Shown: positions 31,706 through 42,453 of the stretch, one piece after another
How positions within the stretch are numbered: position 1 is the first letter of the stretch
Layout of the letters: each line of letters begins with the position of its first letter
DNA from: Diplonema japonicum
Lineage: Eukaryota; Protista; Euglenozoa: Diplonemea
Direction: 5' to 3'
Length of the DNA: 64,000 nt
Assembly: GCA_964019335.1 (NCBI GenBank)
Contig: OZ025685.1
Coordinates: 517,589 to 581,588, forward strand
The notes under the pieces: model-generated
Database searches by the model: none
What the model saw: the letters and a program-made list of their open reading frames with translations, nothing else
Told to the model about the DNA's origin: nothing
Program-made: the position numbers and the translations under genes

Positions 31706-34700
31706 ATGAAAACATGGGTACTGCTGGCTGCAATAACTGCCGTCAGCGGCACGGAAACTATTGCCTTTAGCAACAACGTGCTGTCAAACAGCGGGCAAGG
31801 CTTCGCAACGGTGAATATACCACTTCCAGAAATACAGATTGAACTTCGTGACCAACAAGGTGTGCGGGCAACGGGCCATGGGAGTGTCAGGGTAGAGGCG
31901 GAGTCTGTCCCTGCAAGCACTCTTGTTGGGAACGTGGTGGAGGTAGTGAATGGTTTAGCGAGGTTCACGTCCCTCATGTTCACGGAGCAGGTGTCGCTCC
32001 CCGTGCTTAGATTCAAGGCTGTCACTTCCCTGCCGTATTCTGTGAATGGCTTTACGATAACTACAGGCACCATCGTGTTGTCGCCCACTTTGCAACCGGC
32101 ATATGGACTGCGTTTCCTCGTACCTCCCCCCACTACGGTGCAGCATGGTGCTCCTTTCAGTGTCCAGATTGAAGCTGTCAACTCTGCCCACCAGCCGGAT
32201 GTCACTGTGACAGGCGGCACTGTGGTTGCCACTTCAACTCAAACCTTGACTGGGACCACTTCTACCTTCGTGTCTGGTATCTCATCCTTCAATAGCCTGG
32301 CAGTGACACAGTACACGCAGCAGCCTGTCCGCATCACGTTCACCATCCAGAACCCGGCAAATCCTCGTATACATTTGGAGACACTGGTACACGAGCTTAC
32401 GTTGACAGTCAGCCCAATGCATAGCTTGGTGTTCGACACCAGCGGCAGCTGGAAGGCAGAGGGTGAAGTGGTTCCCATTAGGCACGACACTGTGACCCAG
32501 CCGCCAGCAGTCGTCAGAATGCTGGATTCTGCAGGGCAGCTCAGTGACGTGGAGGGCACTGTGACAGTGACAAGTAACTCCGGAACAGGGTTGCCTTTGC
32601 AGGTGTTTGGCGGCTCCGAAGCGCTGTCGAACGGGAGGGCGACTTTTTCGTCACTCAAGGTGACCACATACTACGAAGGGCTTCAAGAAGCACAATTCAC
32701 CTTCACGCTCGGCACTTTAGGGCCACTGAAAACAGGTCTTAACCCTCTCACAATGGGTGCTTTCTCGTTGCGTTTCCTTCCATCGAATCAAATCTTCAAT
32801 GCCGAAGGTACAACAGCATCTGTAACACAGGGAGCTGCCCTTGCACCATTCACGGTGCAGCTGCTGGATAGCAACGGGAATGTAGACGCAACAGCTACAG
32901 ATATACAGATTGACGCGCTGTTGAACGACAGCAGCGTTGTTGGCACCGTACCTGTAGTGGGCGGATCTGCTTCCTTCTCTGCCTTGAACTTGGGTGCTGT
33001 CTCAGGGCCGGTCTTCCTCACCTTTAAGGCACGGTCACTGTCTTCAACCCTGTTGGTGGTATCGCGTGACATGAAGCTGAAAACGGGCACAGTGACAGTG
33101 CACCCGTTGGGCAACCGCATAGCTTTCGGAGGGTTTTCAACAGGGTCTCATGTAACGCAAGAAGGGCAAACCTTCACGGTGAACCAGAATGGTGTCATCC
33201 CGGATATTAAAGTACTTCTCTATGACGGAAGCGGCAACGTAGACACTACAACGAGCGCAACTGTAGTAGTAAGTAGCACTGTTGGGGCGCTGCAATCACC
33301 GTCAGGAGGAACCCAGGTTCAATTCAACAACGGCGTTGCCACTTTCACGGGTCTATCCTTTGCAAATGTCCCGACAGAGGCTAAGCTGGTCTTCACGCTG
33401 ACGACGACTGGCCTCCCCGCCACTGGCACCTCTATATCCACTGGGATCATCACTGTAAGAGGGCAGCCACATCACTTGGAACGTTATTTGCCATATCCAA
33501 CTGGTGCCGTTCTAGGTGTGCCGACGGAGCTGCAAATTGCTGTTGTCGATGAAAATGGCACGCCTGTCGACAGCACTGCCTTCTCTGCACCTACTTTGTC
33601 GCTGAGTGGCAGTGGGGTCACTCCAGGCACGTGGCCTACGGGAATGATCACTCCAATCAGGTTCACATTGGGCCCTCCTCTTATTACTGGTGACACGGCC
33701 AGACTGACTGTGACACCGACGCTTGCAGGTACCACCTTTACGCCACCCACACTTGAGATACTGTTGTCGGTGAGCAACGTCACCAACGAAGTGGACCACG
33801 CAAGCTTCATCGACCCTTACTCCGTTCCGACAGTTGTGAAGTTGAGAGAAAAGCAATCTGTCAGGGTGGCTATGCTAGATGCTGCCTCATCGCCTGCTGT
33901 TGACGGCGATGCTGCTTATGTTGTCGTGTCGGAAGCCTCTGGGCCCGCCAACGGCGTGGTCATGCTGCCATATGACAGAATGGTGGGCGGCATCCAGACC
34001 GTAGAGTTCGAGTTCAGGGGCACTGTGAGAGACACGACAGCTACCTTCAGCACTAATCTACCAGGGTCCACCATACTCGATATCACGAGAGCCTACCGCT
34101 TGCTTCCAGGCCCCGCGTCTCGCATTGAGATAACAAGCATTACGAACCAGCTGCCTGTCACGTCATCCAACCCAACCGTTGCCATGGGGAGCACTGTGGA
34201 CATCAATTACAACATTTTGGACTTAGACGGTAACAAAGTGACAGAAACACATACCGTTTCCGGAGCGGGTGACAGTGTCAGTCAGGTGCGGGCACAACCG
34301 GCTGTCGGCGGCGAGGGTTCAGTAAGCTTGAGGTTTGAGGGACAGGTTGACAGTGAGAGAAAGGTGATCCTGAGCATTAGTACTCCAAGCATACAAACGG
34401 AGCAGCTCTTCAATGTTGTTGCAGGGAAGGCGCACCATATTTCTGTCGATGTGCCGACTGAGGTTGTTTCAGGAGCGACTGTGTCAGCATTGGTAACGGT
34501 TCTAGACGAATTTAACAACTTGGCAAGAGATGCAGATACTACAGGCATCCTCGTTGCAGCCCAGCAGCACACTGTTCAAATTGCATCACCTGCAAGCCTC
34601 ACTTCTCCGTCTGTGTTAACCGTCCGTTTAGCGCTATCAGGGGCTCCTGGCGTGGCGAGTGTAGTTTTCACACCGATGCTTGCGGGCGTCACTTTCAGCC

Positions 34701-37700
34701 CCTCAACCGTCTCCACGGACATCACTGTGCTTGTGCTGCAACACGGCATCAAGTTCGACGAGGTTTTCGGCCCAGTCCGTGAACAAGGGATGGCATTCAC
34801 AGCCACCGTCGGTGAGGCCATCTCACCCCCTATCACTGTCAACGTGCTAGACTCTGCAGGTTCTTTGGACACCTCGTCAAGCAAAGTACTCATTAGGGCA
34901 TCCGTTGCAGGTGCTCCTGAGCAGGTCCTTGCGAATACCGATGCTTCAGTGGTGAACGGACGAGCAGTTTTCAGCTCTTTGATGTTCACAAAGTCGACTG
35001 TCGCGTCGCCTCAGATCACCTTCACAGCGATTCAAGACCCGCCTGCGCAAGCAGTTGCTCCTCTTGCTGCAGGCAAGACGCTCCTCACAGGGACTGTAGC
35101 ACTTATCCACAAAGCACATGATTTAAAGTTCCAGAGCACCGGTTCTGTGTTTGCCTATGCAGGACAGACTCTGTCAGGCATACAGTATGTGCCGTTAGGG
35201 AAGATTGTTGTGGTTGTAGTAGACAGTGAGGGTGCGGTGGACACCACTGTGGGCGGAGATGGGATCACCGCTATCGCAACGCCATCGCAGGGGACTGTGA
35301 CGGGTAATACGGTGCCTGTTGTCATGGGCGTTGCGGTATTCGAGCGACTTGCCTTCGCAACAACTCCAGTAGAACCTGTCCTTACTTTTAGGATACAAGG
35401 GCTTGCTGCGTCTCTCTCTGTTAGCGGGAAAACTCTCTTAACAGGCGTCATCAGCATCCTCAGGGCACCCAGGTCGGTCAATGTCACTGTCGACTCTCTA
35501 GTACCAAGCACCTACAGCCCTGGCTACCTCGTACTCGGTGAGAGCAACACAGTACCTGTCGACGTACTGAACGACCAGAATACCCCTGCAGCTATTCCAG
35601 GTGACATGACTGTGCATGCCTCTTCAAGCCTTGCCATGGTGTCATCAGATCCTGTGCAGAGTGGGTCGCGCTTCAATGTACATCTAAAGCCCTTCAGCTT
35701 AGGTACGGCCAATGTAGTGTTCACCCCTTCAGCTTCGTTCATCCAATTCAATCCTGCGGCACTAGTTAAGGAGTACAGCATATGCGCAGGGGGTGTCGCA
35801 AGTGTTGTGTTTGATGAGAACACGCCTTCTGAGTTGGAGCAAGGGACAAGTACCGCTATCACCCTGCACGCGGTGGACAACGGGGGCAACAGACTGTCGT
35901 CAACCTGGTCTCAGGGTTGCCGCGAGGCGTACAGATCGCTGGGTCTAGCTCCGCCTTACGCCACTGACATTGCATCGACAGCAGCCGGAACAGGGCTACG
36001 CATGGGCGATGCTACATCTCAGAATACAAATGGCACTATTACTGTCTCGCTTTTTGCAGAGCAAGTACTCTCCGAGACGCTGGCAACGTTTAGTTTCAAT
36101 GGCGCACCCTCTTCTGTGACAGACCTCACACGCTCCTTCAGCATTGTGCAAGCAGTGCCTACAAAGCTCGGAGTAGACCCTGCGCAGGGAGAGGTTGAAT
36201 CGGGCGCCAGTATACAGTACCGTGTAGAAGTACAGAGCAAAAGTGGACAACTCATATCATCTGCAGATGATACCCAGGTTGTTGTGACGGGTGAAGGTAC
36301 GAGATTGCAGAACCAAGAAGCTCTCTCTGGAGGGGCTGCTACGTTTACGGTGACGGTCACAGGTCCACCGAGGGCGCTGACTATTACGTTCACTCCAACG
36401 AAGACTGGGATCACTTTTTCTCCTTCCAGTACCACAACGTCCGTAAACGTGAACTATGCACCTCACGACGAAGGGGTGTTTCACACGCAAATGTACCAGA
36501 TATTCCCAAACGCGCCTTTCGCATCTACTACAGAGTTCCAAAGAGCTCTTGCTGCAAGGTTGACCACGCTGAGCGCAGGTCCTCAGTATTGCCCTGTAAA
36601 CGAAGTCTGCAGAGAACTGCAAGAAGCTAATGTCAGAGTAATCCCTCAAGAGCAATGGCCTGTCCCCCCTGTAGGCAATGCTACAGCACCAAACAACCTA
36701 CCAAGTGCGAGGGGGTACGTTGTGCAGCTCGTAAACGTTGAGGAAACACAAGTGTCTCGCATAGAAGCGGCCCTTGCTAATGCTCATTTGCCCGCCCTCA
36801 ATCAGTTCCCTTCACTGCAGCACAGCTCAGAGCCTGTTAAGTTCCTTGGCTACAACGTTCTGGACACGCCCCTCGGTGTGCCTTGCACGTCGCTTCAGAA
36901 TGAGACGGCATGTCTTGCCAACCGATGTAAGTGGGACGCAGCATCAGTAGCATGCACCCAGAACTGCTCCGTGGCCACCACTGCACCAGCGTGCTCTCTT
37001 CTTTCGGCTTGTTCTTGGAATAAGATGAACAACATTTGCAGCGAGAGCCGCGACCCAGATGGAGGGTTTTTCGATGACCCTTTTGGGCAGGACTGGTGGA
37101 TCTTGCTGCTCATTGGTGCGCTTCTATTGATGCTGTGTTGTGCATGTGCACTTTGCTATAGAATGATGTTCAACAAGCCTGAGGAGCGGGACAGTGGTAA
37201 GCAGGATCCTGTGCAAGAGGAGCCGCAAAGGATGCATCGGGTGGACAGTGTTGTTGTGGTGCCACAGGAGGACTACAGTTACCCTGTCAAGCAGAACCCA
37301 CTGTATGTATTTGACGACACCGCCCCACCTCAGCGTGGGGTGTCATTTAGCGAACCACCACCGCCGCCGCCGCGACAGCTCACCGAGAGGGAGAAGCTTG
37401 AGGCAGCCCTGAAGAAGGTCGACGGCATGATTACATACATCGATGAGAAGGAGGCAACACGATACCCACCGGGGCGCGGGCACGTTGAAAGGAACTCGTA
37501 CACAGTGCACGAACCATACGAACAGGCATCTTTCTCACCCCAACCTGCTCCGAGCGGGACTCCTGACGACCACGAGCCGCAACCGTCACAGCGGCAACCC
37601 GAGAAGATGCCGCGGTCACAGCAGTACCGAATGCCGGAACCAGAGATGCGTTTTTTAGAAAGCCCAGTACGTACGGCCAGCCGTTTAAGAGTAGCCCCAT

Positions 37701-37795
37701 CGAACAGCCCCCCACCCGACGCAGTTAGTGCAACTGGTTCGGCACTTACGGTGGACGGTGATGGCAACGTTGTGGAGAGAAATAAGTTCACTTAG
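31706..37795 (+). CDS. 2029-aa type I membrane/surface protein with tandem Ig/invasin-like beta repeats
   Basis: Signal peptide; recurring '(I/V)xLxDxxG...GxAxFxxLxF...LxTG' repeats; Cys-rich juxtamembrane region; TM 'WWILLLIGALLLMLCCACALCY'; Pro-rich cytoplasmic tail. Confidence 0.88.
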   Translation: MKTWVLLAAITAVSGTETIAFSNNVLSNSGQGFATVNIPLPEIQIELRDQQGVRATGHGSVRVEAESVPASTLVGNVVEVVNGLARFTSLMFTEQVSLPVLRFKAVTSLPYSVNGFTITTGTIVLSPTLQPAYGLRFLVPPPTTVQHGAPFSVQIEAVNSAHQPDVTVTGGTVVATSTQTLTGTTSTFVSGISSFNSLAVTQYTQQPVRITFTIQNPANPRIHLETLVHELTLTVSPMHSLVFDTSGSWKAEGEVVPIRHDTVTQPPAVVRMLDSAGQLSDVEGTVTVTSNSGTGLPLQVFGGSEALSNGRATFSSLKVTTYYEGLQEAQFTFTLGTLGPLKTGLNPLTMGAFSLRFLPSNQIFNAEGTTASVTQGAALAPFTVQLLDSNGNVDATATDIQIDALLNDSSVVGTVPVVGGSASFSALNLGAVSGPVFLTFKARSLSSTLLVVSRDMKLKTGTVTVHPLGNRIAFGGFSTGSHVTQEGQTFTVNQNGVIPDIKVLLYDGSGNVDTTTSATVVVSSTVGALQSPSGGTQVQFNNGVATFTGLSFANVPTEAKLVFTLTTTGLPATGTSISTGIITVRGQPHHLERYLPYPTGAVLGVPTELQIAVVDENGTPVDSTAFSAPTLSLSGSGVTPGTWPTGMITPIRFTLGPPLITGDTARLTVTPTLAGTTFTPPTLEILLSVSNVTNEVDHASFIDPYSVPTVVKLREKQSVRVAMLDAASSPAVDGDAAYVVVSEASGPANGVVMLPYDRMVGGIQTVEFEFRGTVRDTTATFSTNLPGSTILDITRAYRLLPGPASRIEITSITNQLPVTSSNPTVAMGSTVDINYNILDLDGNKVTETHTVSGAGDSVSQVRAQPAVGGEGSVSLRFEGQVDSERKVILSISTPSIQTEQLFNVVAGKAHHISVDVPTEVVSGATVSALVTVLDEFNNLARDADTTGILVAAQQHTVQIASPASLTSPSVLTVRLALSGAPGVASVVFTPMLAGVTFSPSTVSTDITVLVLQHGIKFDEVFGPVREQGMAFTATVGEAISPPITVNVLDSAGSLDTSSSKVLIRASVAGAPEQVLANTDASVVNGRAVFSSLMFTKSTVASPQITFTAIQDPPAQAVAPLAAGKTLLTGTVALIHKAHDLKFQSTGSVFAYAGQTLSGIQYVPLGKIVVVVVDSEGAVDTTVGGDGITAIATPSQGTVTGNTVPVVMGVAVFERLAFATTPVEPVLTFRIQGLAASLSVSGKTLLTGVISILRAPRSVNVTVDSLVPSTYSPGYLVLGESNTVPVDVLNDQNTPAAIPGDMTVHASSSLAMVSSDPVQSGSRFNVHLKPFSLGTANVVFTPSASFIQFNPAALVKEYSICAGGVASVVFDENTPSELEQGTSTAITLHAVDNGGNRLSSTWSQGCREAYRSLGLAPPYATDIASTAAGTGLRMGDATSQNTNGTITVSLFAEQVLSETLATFSFNGAPSSVTDLTRSFSIVQAVPTKLGVDPAQGEVESGASIQYRVEVQSKSGQLISSADDTQVVVTGEGTRLQNQEALSGGAATFTVTVTGPPRALTITFTPTKTGITFSPSSTTTSVNVNYAPHDEGVFHTQMYQIFPNAPFASTTEFQRALAARLTTLSAGPQYCPVNEVCRELQEANVRVIPQEQWPVPPVGNATAPNNLPSARGYVVQLVNVEETQVSRIEAALANAHLPALNQFPSLQHSSEPVKFLGYNVLDTPLGVPCTSLQNETACLANRCKWDAASVACTQNCSVATTAPACSLLSACSWNKMNNICSESRDPDGGFFDDPFGQDWWILLLIGALLLMLCCACALCYRMMFNKPEERDSGKQDPVQEEPQRMHRVDSVVVVPQEDYSYPVKQNPLYVFDDTAPPQRGVSFSEPPPPPPRQLTEREKLEAALKKVDGMITYIDEKEATRYPPGRGHVERNSYTVHEPYEQASFSPQPAPSGTPDDHEPQPSQRQPEKMPRSQQYRMPEPEMRFLESPVRTASRLRVAPSNSPPPDAVSATGSALTVDGDGNVVERNKFT

Positions 37796-37865
37796 TAGTA
37801 TTAGATTATTGTAGACTATTGTTGTTTAAACCGCACCTTGCTATTTTGCTATATCTCCAGGTAAC

Positions 37866-38876
37866 ATGCGTTTGTTTTACGTATTCACCGCACTACTTAC
37901 AGCTGCCTCAGCAGCCTACCCAAAAGGAGCTTCCATTGACAATGCAGTGTGGAATGATGTGAACGGAAACTTTATCCACGCGCACGGCGGGCAGATAGTA
38001 GAGCACAACAACACCTTCTACCTCATCGGAACCACCCAGAAAAAAGGTTCGGCATCACTGAGTGAGGGCATCAACTGCTACTCGTCGCCTAACATGGTGA
38101 GCTGGACCTTCGAGAGGGAGATCTTCCACAACACGTCGATCGTGAGCCATGGTTCACCTCCGTGGAGGATCGAACGACCGAAGGTCGTGGTGAATGAGAA
38201 GTACAATAATTTCGTGATGTGGTTCCACTTAGACACCTCGTCCTTCGGCATACAGTCGGTGGGCGTTGCCAAGTCAAGCAGCATCTGCGGTGACTATGAG
38301 TGGGTGGGGGGCTTCCAACCCGACAACCTAGCGTCATACGACATGGGATTGTACCAGGAAGGGCCCGAGGCGTTTCTTGTGCGCAGTGTTGAGAACAAGT
38401 TCGCAGGCATCTCGCAACTGACGGACGACTACTTGAACACCACAGGGCTCACAAGCAAAGGTCCCAAGATGGAGGGTGTTACTATTTTCAAGCTGGATAC
38501 GTACTACCTTCTGGGTTCGCACCTCAGCGGGTGGGCGCCTAACCCAGCACAGCTGTGCACAACAAAAGCAACCGAACCCGCATTGCTTAAAGATGCTGTG
38601 TGGGACAACATCAATAACGACCAGTGTCCCAACCCTACAGGTAGTGGGAACACGTACAAGTCGCAGTCTACCTTCGTTCTGCGCCTTGAGGACGCCGTAA
38701 ACAAGAAATACTCATATGTGTTCATGGCAGACATTTGGGACGCCCCTAATGTGAACACAGGTGCCACCTATTTGTGGCTCCCCATCGTCTTCAACTCGAC
38801 TCATCCCGAAGCCTTCCCCCATATACCTTACATGGAGCAGTGGCGCATCGGTGACTTCGAGGTCGATATGCCATAG
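37866..38876 (+). CDS. Secreted glycoside hydrolase family 43 (GH43_24, exo-beta-1,3-galactanase-like)
   Basis: Signal peptide; 'IHAHGG', 'IERPKV', 'VMWFHLD', 'SYDMGLY', 'SQSTFVL', 'TYLWLP'. Confidence 0.87.
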   Translation: MRLFYVFTALLTAASAAYPKGASIDNAVWNDVNGNFIHAHGGQIVEHNNTFYLIGTTQKKGSASLSEGINCYSSPNMVSWTFEREIFHNTSIVSHGSPPWRIERPKVVVNEKYNNFVMWFHLDTSSFGIQSVGVAKSSSICGDYEWVGGFQPDNLASYDMGLYQEGPEAFLVRSVENKFAGISQLTDDYLNTTGLTSKGPKMEGVTIFKLDTYYLLGSHLSGWAPNPAQLCTTKATEPALLKDAVWDNINNDQCPNPTGSGNTYKSQSTFVLRLEDAVNKKYSYVFMADIWDAPNVNTGATYLWLPIVFNSTHPEAFPHIPYMEQWRIGDFEVDMP

Positions 38877-38991
38877 CAAACCTTCCGGCAGGGATCTAGT
38901 TCCCACAACGTTTCGATTGCGTACTATATTCAAGTAACCAATTCTTCTGACAACACTTACATTATTTTCCAGACATCACAGACTAAGTAAA

Positions 38992-40104
38992 ATGTCCTTT
39001 GATCCTACGTCTATCGGCCTTTCTGAGGGTTTTGTGCTCACTAACTTCACAGAACTGAAAGGCTGAGGATGTAAGATACCTCAAGACCAGCTCTTGAGGT
39101 TGCTTAGGGCTGTGGGTGATGTTCCCGGTGAGAAGAAGAACGTGGGAATGGACTGCAGCATTGTGCCTTTGAAGAGGATTAAAGATACTTTCCTTATCTC
39201 CACTATTGATTTTTTTTACCCTTTGGTTGAAGATCCGTATGCGCAGGGCCGGATCGGGTGCGCGAACGTGTTGTCGGACATGTACAGCATGGGGATTGAC
39301 GAGGTGGACAACATGCTGATGGTGCTGGGTGCGTCGCGGGACATGCAGGAGTCGGACAGGTTCATCACCACGAAGGAGATGATGCGTGGGTTCAACGACC
39401 TTGCCGCAGAGGGGGACACGGAGGTGACGGGTGGGCAGTCTGTGCTCAACCCGTGGCCCATCATCGGAGGTGTGGCCATGGCTGTGTGCCACAAGGACGA
39501 CTTCATCAACCCCAACGGGCTGCAGCCGGGCAACGTTCTGGTGCTCACAAAGCCTTTGGGAACGCAGGTGGCTGTGAACCTGAAGCAAGCGTACAATGAC
39601 AAGAAGGCGTGCAACCCCGTGTACGAGAGGACGAAAGGCACGCTGTCGCAGGCAGACGTCGACTTGGCGTTCGGCATCGCTTCTGACAGCATGGGACACC
39701 TCAACAAGGTGGGTGCAAGGTTGATGAGGAAGCACAAGTCGACAGGTGCGACAGACGTGACGGGGTTCGGCATTCATGGGCATGCTGCCAACCTTGCAAT
39801 GGCTCAGCTGGCCGATGTTGACATTGAGGTGCACACGCTACCCATCATCAAGGGCATGGCAGGTGTTGACGACATCTTGGGCAACATGTTCAAGCTGAAG
39901 CAGGGCCTCTCGGCTGAGACATCTGGTGGACTATTCCTGGCACTTTCCTCTCTAGAAGCAGCCAACGCCTTCATCAAAGACCTGGCAGAGGAGGACAAGA
40001 CGAGAGGTTGGATCGTCGGGAATGTCGTGGCACGAAAGGGCGACATCGGCAATGCTGTCATCGAGAACCCAAAGATCATTGAAGTCGACAGTTTCTTCGC
40101 GTAG
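38992..40104 (+). CDS. SPS2: Selenophosphate synthetase, selenocysteine form (370 aa; UGA codon 25 = Sec)
   Basis: ATG 38992 is in frame with ORF 39094-40104. It reads LTNFTELKG-[TGA 39064-39066]-GCKIP, the SPS active-site motif. Downstream motifs 'DFFYPLVEDPY..GRIGCANVLSD', 'LTKPLGTQ', 'ATDVTGFGI', 'ETSGGL'. Confidence 0.95.
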
Positions 40105-40306
40105 ACAGGTTGCAACAGCAGGCTGTCCACCAGTAACAAGACGGCCTTCCTTTGATGCTACTTGGGCGGGAGGAAAAAAAAGAAAAACAGAAAAAGAAGG
40201 AAGAAAAAAAAAAGAAAACAAAGCGAAATAATAAAATAAGAACTTGTGTGCGCATCAAACCGAGATTCGTGTATTATCTTTCCGTGGAGAGTAGAGCAAG
40301 CAGGAC

Positions 40307-40394
40307 GCAGCCCTTCCATTGTGACGCCACTAAGACATAAAGCATGACATGAATTAAATGTAAAGTGCTTCTCTTTGGGGCTGAATGGGCATGC
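40307..40394 (+). promoter_or_regulatory. Candidate SECIS element (type II, GUGA variant) in the SPS 3' UTR
   Basis: CCATT-GTGA-C-GCCACTAAGA..AAA-ministem (GCA..TGC)..TCTTTGGGGC-TGA-ATGG; tandem GA/GA core and apical AAA about 12-14 nt above the core. Confidence 0.72.
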
Positions 40395-40502
40395 GGGCAG
40401 ATGTTTTCCTTGCTTTTTATTTCCTCCCCGTCCTTGGCAGGATTCCTAATATTCACAGGATATTTTATCTCGAAAATTAATTTTTAACAAAAAAAAAGAA
40501 AA

Positions 40503-41528
40503 ATGTCTGAGTGCTGCAGAATGCGGAAAAGGATGAAAGTGCTTGCGTTCGACCATGCTGTTCACTACACAGAGAAGTATTTTAGGAAGTACCTGAAGAA
40601 GTATATTCGAAAGGTCGGGAAGATGGGGAAGAAATACGGAAACTGTGAGGTGAAGGAGTTCATCGACGCAACAGCAGAGGAGCTTGTGGACATCCTCACA
40701 GAGTCGCTGTGCTGCGAGGAGGTGCGGCAACAGCAAACTTATATCTACGCAACAAACAATGCAGACCGGCTCAAACGAACCAGTAGGGTCATGGTGACAG
40801 AGACGACACGGCTCTTATACACCAGGCCCTCCTTGGAGGGAACACATCTCAACAAAAAGAAGATGGTGAAGGTTGTGGACAATGTGGTAGCCTACGCATT
40901 CGGCCTACGAAAAGAACTGAACATTGCTCAGTCCGTTGCCAAAACCAAACTCCAAGAATACTGGGCCGACAGGACCCCCCCTCTGGTGTGCATCCTCGGG
41001 ATGGTCCTGGCAGGGAAGCTATACCTCGACATTAAAAAAATGGAAACTGAAGAATGGGAGGACATCCTAGGGTTCTCGCTTTCTGTTACACTCACAGTGT
41101 TGGCCTTTGTAGGGGCGTTCTTCATGGTGTACTTGAGGCTGCCTCATGCAGTGGATGGTGCAACGAGGCAGAAAGCTTCCGATTTTTACCTCATGTCGAA
41201 GGACCCTTTGGGGAAGTTCCTGATGTCTTTCACACCAGGGTCGGACCACTACACGAGACAGGTCGACGAATGCTTCAACAGCATAACAAAGTTCATGACC
41301 GAGACAGTTAAAGAGAGGACACCGCACCACATTGCAGACACTGTCTCTGAAGGTGCTTACACAGAGTCCTCTTCTGAAGGCTCCGTCAGAGACACTGGTG
41401 AGTTGGACTGCAACGCACCATATTACGATGATGACTCACTTCTTGCGGAGTTAGAGTCGCAGCAACGTGAAGCAGAGGCATTGAAAGAGGTTGAAACGAA
41501 GACTGAACCTGACGAGTGCCCTGTTTAA
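40503..41528 (+). CDS. Hypothetical two-TM protein (341 aa)
   Basis: ORF with hydrophobic segments 'PLVCILGMVLAGKLYL' and 'ILGFSLSVTLTVLAFVGAFFMVYL'; acidic tail. Confidence 0.8.
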   Translation: MSECCRMRKRMKVLAFDHAVHYTEKYFRKYLKKYIRKVGKMGKKYGNCEVKEFIDATAEELVDILTESLCCEEVRQQQTYIYATNNADRLKRTSRVMVTETTRLLYTRPSLEGTHLNKKKMVKVVDNVVAYAFGLRKELNIAQSVAKTKLQEYWADRTPPLVCILGMVLAGKLYLDIKKMETEEWEDILGFSLSVTLTVLAFVGAFFMVYLRLPHAVDGATRQKASDFYLMSKDPLGKFLMSFTPGSDHYTRQVDECFNSITKFMTETVKERTPHHIADTVSEGAYTESSSEGSVRDTGELDCNAPYYDDDSLLAELESQQREAEALKEVETKTEPDECPV

Positions 41529-42453
41529 GAGGGGAAACGCGTCCCCTTTTTTTTTCTTTTTTTTTTTTTTCTTTCCCTCTTTTTTTCTTGTTTTTTATAT
41601 AAAAAAAAAAAAAACAGTTTTTTTTTATTATTGTAACGCTTTTTTTTTATCCCTCTTTGTTTTTTAACGAACACAACATTGTGGCAAACACGTAGCCTTA
41701 GCGAAGCTCTTTTGAAAAATAAAAGTAAATACGAGGGGCAGCGGGTGATCCGCCCTGATCTCATGTAATCTGCTCGATGGCGCAGTGTGATGCACAAATT
41801 CTCCCTCAGTGCAGCAAAGGGGTCACCTACTTTATTTATCGTTCCTTAAACTTCAGCATTTTCTTCTTCTGTTTCTTCCCGTTCTCATTTGCATTTTTAT
41901 CGTGTAAATGGAAACATTATACCCTGAACATGAAGAAGTGAAGTGAAGGGGAGAAAATAGAAGATAATAATGAGAGCAGTAAATCTTTACAACGAAAAAA
42001 AAAGAAAAAGAACGAATCAAGAGAAGTATTAGAAGTTTCAATCTAGAAGATACTAGGGAAGAATATGGCTACTGGTTGTCCACCTTGTTTTTAACGCAAA
42101 TATTTCTTTTTTTTTTAAAGGTCGTTCCCAAGAAGTGGGGTTGCCCAACATCGTCTTTTACCTGTCCCTCACTATTTTTCCTCCCTTTTTTCTGATTTCG
42201 TTTTCATATGGGGCTTTTTGTTCCGCCTTGCTATTTTTTTTCCCTTCTTTTTTTCAAACCTTTCTCGAACCCCACCCTTCTTTTGTTCATGTTTCTTTCT
42301 AAAATTGCGAGGTTGCATCCGCTGCCTCGGCTTGACAGTGAGAAAACCATCCATAGAAGAGAAACAAGGCCTCAATATACTTTCCTTTCCCTTGCTTTTT
42401 GTAAACTCACTTAATACCTAAATTACACATCTTTATAACAAAGGCAAGGCAAC

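Noticed and set aside
39064-39066. In-frame TGA as a pseudogene lesion or genetic-code change
   Set aside because: It sits at the known Sec position with a SECIS candidate downstream, and other genes here use TGA as a normal stop.
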